From assembly GCA_964016885.1 (NCBI GenBank), contig OZ024745.1:46438001-46502000 (forward strand): a DNA stretch of 64,000 nt, written 5' to 3'. Source of the stretch: Eledone cirrhosa. Taxonomy: Eukaryota. How positions within the stretch are numbered: the stretch's first letter is position 1; each line of letters begins with the position of its first letter. Position numbers and translations under genes: made by a program. The notes below the pieces were generated by a model. That model did no database searches. It saw nothing but the letters and a program-made list of their open reading frames with translations, and was not told the origin of the DNA. This document shows positions 12,205 through 23,779 of this stretch, in pieces.

Positions 12205-14070
12205 GGATCGTCCTGTCATTTCTGAGGAACTTTTACAGACAACCTCAGTTACTAATGACAAAGACCTCATCATCTTGGCAGACAACTTCAATGGACATGT
12301 TGGACAGTACCTGGATGGATTCACTGGAGCACACAGTGGATATGGTTATGACTCAAAAATGAAGAGGGAGTGAGGCTCCTAGAATTCTGTGATGCAAATG
12401 AACTAACCAATTGCTGGTCAACCATCTGATCACATACCAATCAGGCAAACACACAAGCCAGATTGATTTCTTACTTGTAAGACAAGAAAGACAGGTGGTA
12501 ATAAATGCTAAGGCCTTCCTCAAAAAAGTATATGCTGCCCAACACAAGTTAGTTATTAGTGACATCAGAATAAACACATGGCAGAACAAGATATACAGGA
12601 AAATATGGAGACAGAGAGATTGAAAGCTAAAGGACCTTTCTGTTAATTAGGTTTAGAAATGCCCTACGAGATGCATATGACAAGAGGGAAGATAAGTTAG
12701 GTACATATGACATAGGGGACAATTGGAAATTCTTACATGAGAACCTACTGTAAACCACTGATGAGACTTGTGGCTGGAGCAAAGTGCCAACCAGACAGAA
12801 GGTGACCTAGTGGTAGAACAGCACAATGGATAGAGCCATTAAGGTCAAGAGACAGGTGTGGAAAGACTAGAAAAATAGGAGTAGCAGAAGCCAGTACCAG
12901 ATAGCTAAGCAAGAAGCTAGACAACAAATATAAATAGCATGGAAAGAGGCTGAAAGAAGAAGGTTTGCCAATGTCTTGTGATATGAGGATCAGAGACATG
13001 AAGTGTTCCACATTGCAAGGCAGCATGCCAGTGTAAATCAGGATGTTGTTAGGGAAAAGTGTATTCAAAATGACACTGGTACACTTAGCACCACTAATAC
13101 TCAAAAGAAAGAGGCTGATGAATTTAGAGAATGTGTGGGAAGAGAAACTACTCCCAGCCTAACCAACAGAGTGACCAGCTATTGAAATCAACAGTTATAG
13201 TCAAAGAAGCAATCAATTAGATGAAGAATGGTAAAGGTACAGCACCATCAGAGATAGTTGCCAAGATACTGAAAGCATCAGAAGTAGGAGCCAAACTAGT
13301 AACCCACATAATCAGGTAATACAGAACGGAGTCATACCCAATGACTGGTGTAGCAGTACAGTCATAAATTACTACAAGGATAAAGGTGATGCTCTAGAAA
13401 CGAACAACTACAGAGGAATAAAACTAATGGATCAAGTTATGAAAGTGATGGAAAGAGTTATAGCTCAGCTAATTGGGGAAAGAGTTGAATTAGATGAGAT
13501 GCAATTTGGTTTCATGCCTGGGAAAAGTATTACAGATGCTCACTTCTTAGTGAGACAATTACAAGAGAAGTTCCTAGCTAAGAATAAGCTTTTGTTGATC
13601 TAGAAAAGGCTTTTGACAGAGGACCTCAATCTGTTACCTGATGGTACTTAAAGAAATTGAGTATAGAAGAATGGCTTGTGAGAGCAGTGCAAGCCATGTA
13701 CAGAGGAGCTGTCAGTAAAATGAGAGTAGAAAAGGAGTTTAGTGAGAAATTCAAGATACAGGTAAGAATTCATCAGAGTTTGGCCCTCAACTCACTTCTG
13801 TTCATTATAGTTCTCCAGGCCATAACAGAGGAGTTTTAGACTATGGGAATTTCTTTATGTGGTTCTTATAGCTGAATCCATAGAACTAATGAATAAGTTC
13901 TGATTGTAGAAACAGAATTTACAATCAAAAGGGCTGAGAGTAGAGTCAACAAATACTAAAGTGTTAAGAAATAGGAAAGAAGACAGGATCATGATGCCAT
14001 CAAAGAAGTGGTCCTGTTCAATACACAGAAACACTATACAATATAAAGAATGCAAATCTTGGGTACACAA
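12205..14070 (+). mobile_element. Decayed RTE LINE (endonuclease end plus RT)
   Basis: SQIDFLLVR (APE endonuclease), NNYRGIKLMDQVMKV, MQFGFMPG, EEWLVRAVQAMY; many stops. Same family as 7660-10075, opposite strand. Confidence 0.9.
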
Positions 14071-14135
14071 GAGTAGTGACAACACACAAAAACAAGATGG
14101 TGTAGGACAAAACAAAGGAGGGAAACAAATAACAA

Positions 14136-14183
14136 ATTAGTCACTGAGGAGGCCACAGAATGTGATGAAAGAACTTTGACAAT
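14136..14183 (+). ncRNA. Degenerate minimal hammerhead-ribozyme-like motif (family C)
   Basis: attagtca-CTGAGGA-g-gccaca/tgtgat-GAAA-gaac-TT-tgacaat. Related copies at 29095-29135 (-) and 29321-29367 (+). Confidence 0.5.
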
Positions 14184-14360
14184 AAATAAACAACCAACAA
14201 GTTAATAAAACCAACCAACTGGAAATTTGTAATAAATTGAAGTGAAAAACCAACAGATGCGTGTGTTTTTATTGAGAGCCTGACCATCCCAAAGTATAAC
14301 AATATCTGTTTCAACACACATTTTCAGATAAGAAATCTTGCAAAATAAATAAAAAAAAAA

Positions 14361-14392
<32 letters not shown>

Positions 14393-14734
14393 CTGTGTGT
14401 GTCTGTGTATGTATGTATATATATATATATGTGCGTGTGTGTTATATAGTTTACTCTGTAGGGTGGTCATGCTGGTGACATGAAAAAAAGCACCCACTCC
14501 ATGCTGTAACATTGTTGGCATTAGGAAGGGCAGCAAGCTGTAGAAACCAAGCCAAAAGCAGATCCATATGAGCATAAGATGGTCACCTGACTTGACTTGC
14601 TTCATAACATGACAACCCATCTAACTTATGCAAGAGTGGAAAATGGATGTTAAATGATGATGATGATACATATATTATATCTGCCTACAGTCACAAGAAT
14701 GATTACTCAATACTATAGTAGAGATTAATATTTT

Positions 14735-15098
14735 CTGATCAGATGATTGCTATAAATATTAGCATAGAAAATTGGGTAAAATACCTCTATAGGTGGAAAA
14801 GGTGGCCAGCAGCCACTAGAGAAATGATCTCTGTACCACTCAAATTTTGGCTTAGAGCTCTGTACAACTCAAATAAACGACCCCTGATGACAGTTACCAT
14901 CTAATTAGAAGCTAAATAATCAGCTATAATTATAACATTTGTACACTGGAGTGTTGAGTGAGTTGAATTGTTTAGAAAATGCATAAGATCTCAGGCCAGC
15001 AGCTGCTGGCCATTTCCCCCATCTATAGGGGTATTTTACCCATTTTCTAAGCTCATCATCATCATCATCACTTATTTATAGCAATTAATTCTGATCAC
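14735..15098. mobile_element. Foldback/MITE-like element with ~80-bp imperfect inverted arms
   Basis: Arm 14735-14813 is the reverse complement of 15002-15098 (e.g. GGGTAAAATACCTCTATAGGTGG vs CCATCTATAGGGGTATTTTACCC). Confidence 0.7.
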
Positions 15099-15206
15099 AG
15101 TTATTTCCTGCATTCAAGATTATGTACATTTTCTAAGCCTATATATATATATAGAGAGAGAGTCACAATAAGGCAGCAGATTTGCAGCTTGTTATGAAAC
15201 TTTACT

Positions 15207-15294
15207 GCATATTACAACTGTTTCAATATCGATCAGCTCGGGTTTGATCAGGCGATCGAATCCCAACTCTTAACCGACACCTCTTCAGATATGC
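15207..15294 (-). ncRNA. Type I hammerhead ribozyme (Penelope/retrozyme type)
   Basis: Minus strand reads GCATAT-CTGAAGA-[long stem II GGTGTCGGTTA...TGATCGATATT]-GAAA-CAGTTG-TA-ATATGC. Perfect 6-bp stem I, complete core, GUA cleavage triplet. Confidence 0.8.
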
Positions 15295-15471
15295 GAGTTT
15301 ACATGGGTGGTCCCACCCAAACTGTTTGGCTTCTTATGGTCACTCTATATATACACTCTGCAAACTACAACTGTCTTAAACCTGGAGCACAACCCAATGA
15401 GAGACGAACCTCATAACATTGAGTGCTTTGACCAGCATCGTCGCTAGTAATCACAAGTTACTCACATAATA

Positions 15472-15512
<41 letters not shown>

Positions 15513-16083
15513 TGAACCTCTCGAAGGAGATGACACAGAACCAAGCTGATTGGCAATATGCTATAATAAAAAGATTCATCCACCAGTACAAGTATTGTGA
15601 CACTAAAAGTAAAAGCAAATATAGTGAATGATGAGAGATTAACAGTGATGGCATTTAAATGGAGATAATATAGAGTTTGAGAGGACGCTTCAACTCTAAA
15701 ATAAAACACATCCAGTACACTCTGTAAATTGCTTGACATCAGGAAGAGCATCCAGCTGTATAAACCATACCAAATATGGAACAACTTATATGCAAGATAA
15801 AGTTTCTCTGAGCCATCTAGTCTTGTACTGTGACAACCTGTCCAACTAATGCAAATGTAGAAAGTAGATGTATGATGATGATGAAAAACAGATACATGAT
15901 TAATACATGGAATACACATTACTAAACACATGCAGATGTGCAGTTTTACTCCTAAATGTTAGCAGTAAAGCTACACAGTTATATGTAGGTTTTATATAAA
16001 AGTCTCAGATTTATGGAAAAGGATTTATTGTTTTAATGCTGAAGTTTAATCATGCATTGATAGATTAACATTGTGGAAAGTAT

Positions 16084-17148
16084 TTAGAAAGTAATTGATT
16101 GAAGATTTTTTCTACATAATAACTCTACATCTTTCAAACAGATGTATTTTTGAATGATTTTAGGAATAGCTTGTGGAAACTTCTTGAAGGATATACTTAC
16201 AGAACATGTGAGTGTTCTACGGTAGGCACAGCGACAAAGATGATGCAGAGAAGGGACAGTTTTAGAAGTTGTTACACACCAGTTGCTGAGATGAGGATCC
16301 ACTCTACAGATATAGTCAATATACTGGGGTGACCAATGCCAACCAGAAGCAGTGGCATATACTGCTAGTTTCTTAGACACAAGCAATTTGTTTTGTTTAT
16401 CATGCCAATGTGATTCCAAGTAATATTTCATAGAATTTACAATTGGTATCAGTTCAGAACCATTACTTTCACATAGTAGCTTGATGGTAAATTTGGAAAG
16501 TGTTATAAATATGTTATCCATTGGACCTTCAAAGACTGGTTGGTGTCGATGTAGCTGCAAGAGAAGAAGCTCATGGAACTTGCATGACATACAATACTTT
16601 ATTGCCACTTCAGAAAGCTGGTTAATAAAGTCAGTGTTTCCATATTTTAAAGCAGTTCTTACCACATACAACATGGCATCTTTGCAAATGGGGTCAAAAC
16701 TAGTTGACATAAGAATTTTGATGATTTCCCAATAGTTCACATTATCTTCAAGTTCTGTACACTGATTGTAGGCATTGATTAGTGCAATATCAAAAGTAGA
16801 ACAGTTTTTTATATTCAGTTTATTCCTATCACAAGATGGTTGATTAATGAGTTTTTTCACCTGATTAGTGTGTCCCAAACGAACAGCTAATATTAATGCT
16901 GTTTCCTTGTTATCATTCAGTGGAATGTTCAAGTCAATATTGGTATCCATCAGTTGCTGTAATACACTGCAATCATCCTGCATGATAGCTTGTCGTAGAT
17001 TAGCTGTTGCTTGGTCAGATGAGATGTGTTGCTCGTGGTTATTGTTTAAATTCTTCTGTTCCTTCCAAGGAGGCTCACTTGGGAGTGTGTATGGTGTTAA
17101 TATATGCTTTGGAACACAACTGTACCACTGAGATGTGTTATTTCCCAT
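16084..17148 (-). CDS. Ankyrin repeat and SOCS box protein (ASB-like), predicted N-myristoylated
   Basis: 354-aa ORF with ankyrin repeats (LRQAIMQDD, ETALILAVRLGHTNQVKKLI), a C-terminal SOCS box (VPSLHHLCRCAYRRTL...IPKIIQKYI) and N-terminal MGNNTS. A polypyrimidine/AG acceptor lies at 17180, just upstream of the ATG. Confidence 0.85.
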   Translation of the reverse strand: MGNNTSQWYSCVPKHILTPYTLPSEPPWKEQKNLNNNHEQHISSDQATANLRQAIMQDDCSVLQQLMDTNIDLNIPLNDNKETALILAVRLGHTNQVKKLINQPSCDRNKLNIKNCSTFDIALINAYNQCTELEDNVNYWEIIKILMSTSFDPICKDAMLYVVRTALKYGNTDFINQLSEVAIKYCMSCKFHELLLLQLHRHQPVFEGPMDNIFITLSKFTIKLLCESNGSELIPIVNSMKYYLESHWHDKQNKLLVSKKLAVYATASGWHWSPQYIDYICRVDPHLSNWCVTTSKTVPSLHHLCRCAYRRTLTCSVSISFKKFPQAIPKIIQKYICLKDVELLCRKNLQSITF

Positions 17149-17881
17149 GATCCTCAGCTGTCCTTTGATTATGGTTTGCCTAGAATGTAAATCAGTGATT
17201 TACAAAAGTCATAACATGCAAAAAAAGAAAAGAAAAAATGAATGTAAAATTCTTTCAAAATTACTGAGTAATTATTATGAAATTAATATATGAAAAAATT
17301 ATTTTATTTATCAAAACTAGTTAAGAAAATACAGAAGGATAATATAATTTTCAAAGTATTTTTAACACTATTTATAATAATATTATTAAAAATATATAGC
17401 AAAGAAAAATATATCTCCTTTTAGATGTACAAATTATTATTATATATTAGTTAGATAGTAACATATAATCCCTCAGCAAGATTGGATAGAATTAAATTTT
17501 ATAACTTTTGAAAGAAAATTAGTAGGGAAAAGAAAATAACCTTAAAAAAAAGTCAAACACAGGAAGAAAGGAAATATAAAGTTTTAATAGCAAATATTAT
17601 TGTTGAAGCGAAGCAGATAACACTACAACAGACTTAGAATACAACAACAAACATCGACGTCTCTAAGAGGGAAATAAAATAACGAGAAAACTAACAAAAA
17701 AAAAAATCAAATTTTTGGTTAGTAAACAACAATAAGAGGATATGACTGGGTTCTGTTAATACGAAATTTATATAAACAATTTTTCAACGAAGCATTCACG
17801 CCGGGATTTTGTAAATAATAAATCTGTTTTTGTTTAAATATATCTGTGATCGACAGCTTTCCTCCGTTTCAGCATAGGCAG

Positions 17882-17923
<42 letters not shown>

Positions 17924-18798
17924 TATACATATATATATATATACATACATACATATATATTTATATATCTAAAGCATTAAGTCAGCAAACAGACACAACC
18001 AAAAAATACACACACTCACAATTACAACGGAATGTTATATGCTTTTTCTATGCCTTCCCTTTTTTTGGACGTGTGATGGAATGATTTACATTGCAAATAT
18101 TGAACTGGTGTTTAGGTATATATAAAAAATATTTATATATAGATGCAAACATATGAAAGAAACTAAGAATGGAATCCGAAAGAACAACGGTGTCAACTAA
18201 GATAATACCCAATTATTAATATACCTTACTATTATGCTACTAATTAGAAAACAATTTTCTTTTTCTTCTTCTCTTTCACCAGAATAGATAGTTATTTTCT
18301 TTTTTCAAAGAAAGAAATAATGATTTTTTTTTTCTATAAAGTGAAATTGTAGGAATACTATTTTCTCTATTAAACAAATAAGAAATATAATAGAATTTAG
18401 TAAATAAACGACAGTCTCCAATTGTAACATCTGAAATGAAATGACAAAGAAGTGAATATATATAATGTGGCTTGGTTGGCAAATTAACAAATAAACAAAA
18501 TAAATAGACCTTATATAAAAAAAAGTAATTGTTTCGATAAACGATACAAGTTATACCTGAAATATTGATAATTTTAGACTGGCTAGCAAAATTCTGAAAA
18601 ACTCTTTTTTTTTATATATATATTTGCTGCTTATAGAAAATAATTTATTTTATCATTAAGAAAATTAGATTTTTATTCATATATTTGAAGTAATCTGAGA
18701 TAGAAGCTAGTTTTCATTTTTCATAGATATGCTAATCTTTCTCCGTCTCTCTCTCCATTTTTTTAACGGTCGTTTTTCCATGCTAGCATGGCTTGGAC

Positions 18799-19283
18799 TA
18801 GGGTTTAGACATTGGGGCCCCTTATACACAAAAATATAGAATACACCTCCAACTCACTCCCACCAATTTTACATATCAAAGTCAGCTTGGCACAAATAAT
18901 TGGAATTGAAAAGTTATATATACAGGTATCAAATTCGAAAATTCTAACCATTCTAAAACTAAAAACAAACCTGCTAATCTCTAAAAACCCAAAAGGGGAG
19001 TGCCATGAAAAGAAGTGCCCCAAACTGGGAGAAATGAGGCAAAAATGGGGAGATATTACATAACGAAAGCTATACCCATTTTCACAAAATAAGACATCTC
19101 TCACCCACCCCAAAGTGATCTCCGACTCGGACGGGGAGAGTTGACAGGTCTGAAAAAAGCCCAAGTGAGGGCACAAATAAATTGCTATGGCCGTCGCTGG
19201 TCCCCCCCCCCCCCCCCAAAAAAAAACACTGCAGGGGTCCGAGGCAGTTTTCCCCCCTTAGTCCCCCATTAAATCCGGCCCTG
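18799..19283. mobile_element. Non-autonomous hAT-like DNA transposon inserted in an RTE tail
   Basis: Right end TAAATCCGGCCCTG, degenerate left end TAGGG-TTTAGA, imperfect 8-bp TSD GCTTGGAC/TGTTGGAC. Confidence 0.6.
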
Positions 19284-19289
19284 TGTTGG

Positions 19290-19750
19290 ACACGTCCTTT
19301 TCAGCACAGCATCTCTCGACTCGTCGCGTTCCTTCTTCATCTCCTCTGTAAGCTTAGCGATTTGTGATCAGAGATTTTTGGCTCTTCTTCACCCAGCGAT
19401 GATCATCCGTACCGATGCAGTTTTCTCTCTTGCATACCACTTCGGAATCCTCTTAAACCCAGTTTCTCCTTCAGTTCATCCAAGCGCTGACTTTTTGTCA
19501 TATTACATCGCACGTCTAACAAAGCATGGTAGCTTCATTTCTCTTCAGCTTACACATGTCCTCTGCAGTCACTGCCCATGTTCCACTACCATGCAATATC
19601 GCACTTCGCACATAGGCGTCATACAACCGTCCTTTTGTACTTAAGGAGAAATCTTTTGTTGTCAAGTGAGAGTAGCTCTCTAAACTTCTTCCATCCTATC
19701 CTTATTCTAGCTGTTATACTCTCGGAGCAGCTTCCCCACTGCTAGTTATT
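19290..19750 (-). mobile_element. RTE 3' fragment
   Basis: Homologous to the 8000-8520 RTE C-terminal region; its tail continues at 18760-18798. Confidence 0.75.
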
Positions 19751-19852
19751 ATTGTTATTGTTATTATGATGTTTGGATTTTGTTTTGTGTTTGTATGAGC
19801 TGACTCCAAGACTCACCCAGAGACTTCAAGAGACAGCAAGTTTTAAGCGGGC

Positions 19853-19950
19853 ATTGTTGACTTTGCCTTTCATCCTTACGGGGTCGATAAAATAAAGTAC
19901 CAGTAATGCACTGGGTAATTGCTGGCCTTGTGCCTAAAGTAGAAACAATT
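19853..19950 (+). mobile_element. SINE 3' half (same family as 5345-6045)
   Basis: Near-identical GCCTTTCATCCTTACGGGGTCGATAAAATAAAGTACCAG core. Confidence 0.85.
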
Positions 19951-20149
19951 ATTTTTAGGGGGAAGAATGTAGTTCGGTTATAGGGATTTGTGCTTTAATC
20001 GTGTGCCTTGGCTTGTTAAGAAGTATTGTTCTAGGAAATGTGTCAGGTCGTGGGGGAAGAATCCTCAAGCACGCCTCCTGGGGTCCCATTTGAAGCAACC
20101 ATCTCTAAATGATCCTGCTGAATCCCCAAGCTTGATCAGTCAAAGTTAT

Positions 20150-20520
20150 GGATGTTATCCAGATATCTTGCTGGTACTCGACCTCTGGGTCTCCTGCTGG
20201 TTGGGGTAGCAGCTCTATTCGGAGCGACTTCACGATCTCCGAACTATATGTCCTATCAAATAATATTACTCCTTCGAAGGAACCCCACTTCGACTGCTTG
20301 TATTCGCGATCGTATTCTTTCGGTTTCTATCCAAGATTCATGACCGTGGGCACAAATACCAAATTGAAGATAATAAGTTTGGTTTTTACATTTTCTTCTC
20401 ATACCATACATGGTATGAGGGAAATCAAGGGCAGGGCTTAGTAACTGATTTTTTCGATGTCTCTGATCTCTTCAATTCTGTGCTGGATGTTCATGTTAAG
20501 AGAAGACCTTAGCTGTCAAC
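20150..20520 (-). mobile_element. Rex3/Expander-type RTE fragment
   Basis: Manual translation HGHESWIETERIRSRIQAVEVGFLRR. Confidence 0.7.
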
Positions 20521-21240
20521 TGATCACCATCTGATTACCTGATACTTGAGATTACCTAAGGCACCACACACACGCACAAAAAAGAAAAGGTATAAGTATT
20601 CTCTGAAGAAATCCCTTCAAGTGAATCACATTGACTATCACCAATAGGCTGATGTGGCCTCTGATTGTATGATCTGGTGACACATCTTTCACCAATCTTC
20701 ATTCGAAATTGCTCGTTAGGCTGATGTTGAGGAAAAAAGGATTCGGAGGAAGACACAACAACAACACCAACCCCAGAACAGGTCTGAATTTTCTATATTT
20801 GTCTCACCGGCCACCAGTGACCCTGCTATACATGTAGTCAGACCCCTTTATAAATCTTTGTTAGCGTGACCAAGCCATGATATAAATATATATTGAAACT
20901 ATAAGAATTTCCAGAAGTTAACTGAAGAGAAGGGACCGTTCACCCCCCCCCCCCCCCCGTTATATTTGCCTTGTGTGAACCCTTTTTTTATTCCTATTTG
21001 ACATGGTCTTAGCTACGCAGGTCTTTTAAAGTATTGTCATCATCACCATTTAACATCTATTTTCCACTCTAGCATGGGTCAGACGAGCTATCCCATTGTG
21101 AAACACGCCAGGTCGGATGACTGTGTTTTGCTCATACAGGACTGGTTTTAGCTTGGTTTCTACGGCTGGACGACCCTCCTAACACCAACCACATTTACAG
21201 TGTGTGCTGAGTGCTTTTTGTCATGACACCTACACGACCG

Positions 21241-21275
<35 letters not shown>

Positions 21276-21390
21276 AATTTGTTCATGTCTCAATCTTAAG
21301 GTATATAAATATTGAGTTTTGTCCTATATTATTCACTGCCATGACTGAATTTTAACCATCTACTTAGTCAAGGTATGTCAAGCATCATCT

Positions 21391-21457
21391 TATTTTATCT
21401 GATGAGGACGTACTGTTGAAGATAGCTCAGTACCTCTGAAATATGTATAATAAAATA
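21391..21457 (+). ncRNA. Type I hammerhead ribozyme (Penelope/retrozyme type)
   Basis: TATTTTAT-CTGATGA-GGACGTACTG/CAGTACCTCT-GAAA-TATGTA-TA-ATAAAATA. Perfect 8-bp stem I, 9 of 10 pairs in stem II, complete core, AUA cleavage triplet. Confidence 0.82.
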
Positions 21458-21582
21458 TACTTGATCACACGAATGTTCTATATTTGTTAATATTTTGAAT
21501 TAATATTAATAACTCTGGAAAACCATAACTGTGGAGTGCTTCTAATCTATTGTAAAACTTTATTCATTGAACCTTGTTTAAC

Positions 21583-21646
<64 letters not shown>

Positions 21647-21929
21647 GGGAGGTAAGATCCTGATCGTGGCGCCAAACGGATTTTACCTATCTCTATAACC
21701 ATTCTGCAGCTCCCTTGCATTGAATACTACCATGATTAGCCTCAGCTTCGAGAATCTATATACATACACACACATATATATATACATATATGTATATGTG
21801 TGTGTGAGAGAGGGAGAGAGAGAAAGAGAGTCCCGGGTTCAATCGGGGGTAACCTCAGTTAGTAAGGTACTCAATACATTAGTAGAGTGTAAACATGTTT
21901 AATATAGAAATGGCTTTTGTTGTGTTCGA

Positions 21930-22120
21930 CGCCTGATGGGGAAGAGCTTGAAAGTTTTCTGCATTGGATTTCATGTTATTTTCTCCAGTCGACCGACAAG
22001 CAGTATCAAGGTCCTTCTGTCAGCTTTTAATATCTTCTGAACTTTTAATGCTTTCGGCGTCCTGGTATCATTACTTTAGTTTGTAGGGATGGTTTTGCTG
22101 GCAACCGAGAATAAATGTTA
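21930..22120 (-). mobile_element. CR1-group LINE RT fragment
   Basis: Manual translation QKDLDTACRSTGENNMKSNAENFQAL resembles LQ.DLD.L..W...N.MKFN..K. Confidence 0.55.
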
Positions 22121-22137
22121 GAACTGTTTCAAACAAT

Positions 22138-22315
22138 AATTGTTTCTACTTTTGGCACAAGGCCAGCAATTATTCCAGTGTATTACTGGTACTTTATTTT
22201 ATCGACCACGTAAGGATGAAAGGTAAAGTTAACCTCGGCGAGATTTGAACTCAGTCCGTAAAGGGACGTAACTATGCTGCAAAGCATAGCGTCCGACCCT
22301 CTACCGATACTGCCA
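22138..22315 (-). mobile_element. tRNA-derived SINE (same family as 5345-6045)
   Basis: Full ~175-bp match to the unit at 5358-5530. Confidence 0.85.
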
Positions 22316-22834
22316 AAGTCTCATGACAGTCCCCTAAAGCACCGCGCTCTGGATAGTTAACCTTTCAGAGATGTCATTCTTGATTTCTGTCTTTCTGGAA
22401 GTCATATAGCAACTCTCCTAGAATTTCGACCGTATGTGGCATATCATCATGAAATCGACTATGTCGAAAGCTTTTTCCAAGACAAGGCATACCACATTTA
22501 CATTTGGTTGGATGGCTAGCTACTTTCACACCCAGACATAATGCGGCATGGATAGTCTTGAGGCTCTTCTTGGCGCATCTACTCGATGATGCATTTAGCA
22601 TCGATGACTGCTTCAGTACGAGGTTTGAAATATTGACATGGATACCCAGAATTGAAAAAAATACAATACCAAAATCAGAATTTATGTGTCGCCTGGGAAT
22701 TGTAATGCATAATGCAAGAGGATGTCGATTATTTCATTCTATCTTTCTTGGAGTGTTCTGTTCTGCACTACATGCCATTGTACAAAGAGAACTAATGCAT
22801 GCGATACTAATCACATCTCCCTTTTAGATAAAAA

Positions 22835-23375
22835 TACGAGGTGCGTCAAAAAAGTAACAGGGCTTACTGTGCTGTGTGAGTTATGAGTTGGGTAGGCATT
22901 AGCGGGTTGCGTTAATTGTACGTTTTTTTCTTTTGTTAACAGCTTCAGAATACTGAAGCAAGTCTACAGAGATGAGATTATGTCACGCTCACGGGTTTTC
23001 GAGTGGCACAAAATGTTCAAAGAGGAACGCGAAGATGTGGAAGACGACCTCATGGGCGGAAGGCTTTCAACGAACAGGATCGAGACCAACGTTGAGCGCG
23101 TGAGGCAAATGATGCGTGGTGATCGTCGGCTGACTATTCGACTGATCGCAAGTGAGCTGGGCATGCACCGCGACGAGTTGTAACAGGACAACTCGTGACA
23201 ACTCATCACAACGAGCCGGTTCACTACGCCCTGAGCATCCGGCAGATCCTAGCCTAGAATATCGCCATACTGGTACAACCTCCTTATTCACCCGACCTGG
23301 CTCGTGTGATTTTTTCCCTTTTACCCAAACTCATGGGGTCATCAAGGGGACCCGTTTTCCGGACGTGAAAGCCAT
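22835..23375 (+). mobile_element. Internally deleted mariner transposon
   Basis: TA plus TIR-like CGAGGTGCGTCAAAAAAGTAAC; HTH region MSRSRVFEWHKMFKEEREDVEDD...DRRLTIRLIASELG; C-terminal QPPYSPDLA motif. Confidence 0.85.
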
Positions 23376-23779
23376 ATTTTTCAGGGTCTCTAAGATTTGT
23401 GGGAATAAAGAAGAAAGTTATCTTCAATCGGCAACCTGTCCTGAATGCTTGCAACATAGTGCATTCGTTAACGACAAGGGCTAGGTAGTGATGTTTCAAT
23501 GGGTACCATATTAAGTCTACAAAATTAGAATTCATTGTTGTCTTCGATGGTGATACTTGCATGGACGAGTGGAAACCATTCCATAGACTACATAGTCTAA
23601 CAGATAAATTCAGTTGTTCTGATTTGAGCTCTTCACACATCCATGGATGAAAACCTTGGACATACCATCAGTATTGTATCCTGGAGTCACTGGGTATTTC
23701 GGGTTATACAACATACACGCAACCGAGGTTGATCAAGCTACTGTATGTGTCCAAATGGCATATTACTGACTATACCAGT

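Noticed and set aside
20881-20990. TATA box, then CTGAAGA and a stem II-like hairpin (AAGGG..GTTCAC/GTGAACCCTT)
   Set aside because: No GAAA, cleavage triplet or closing stem I follows. At best a truncated remnant.
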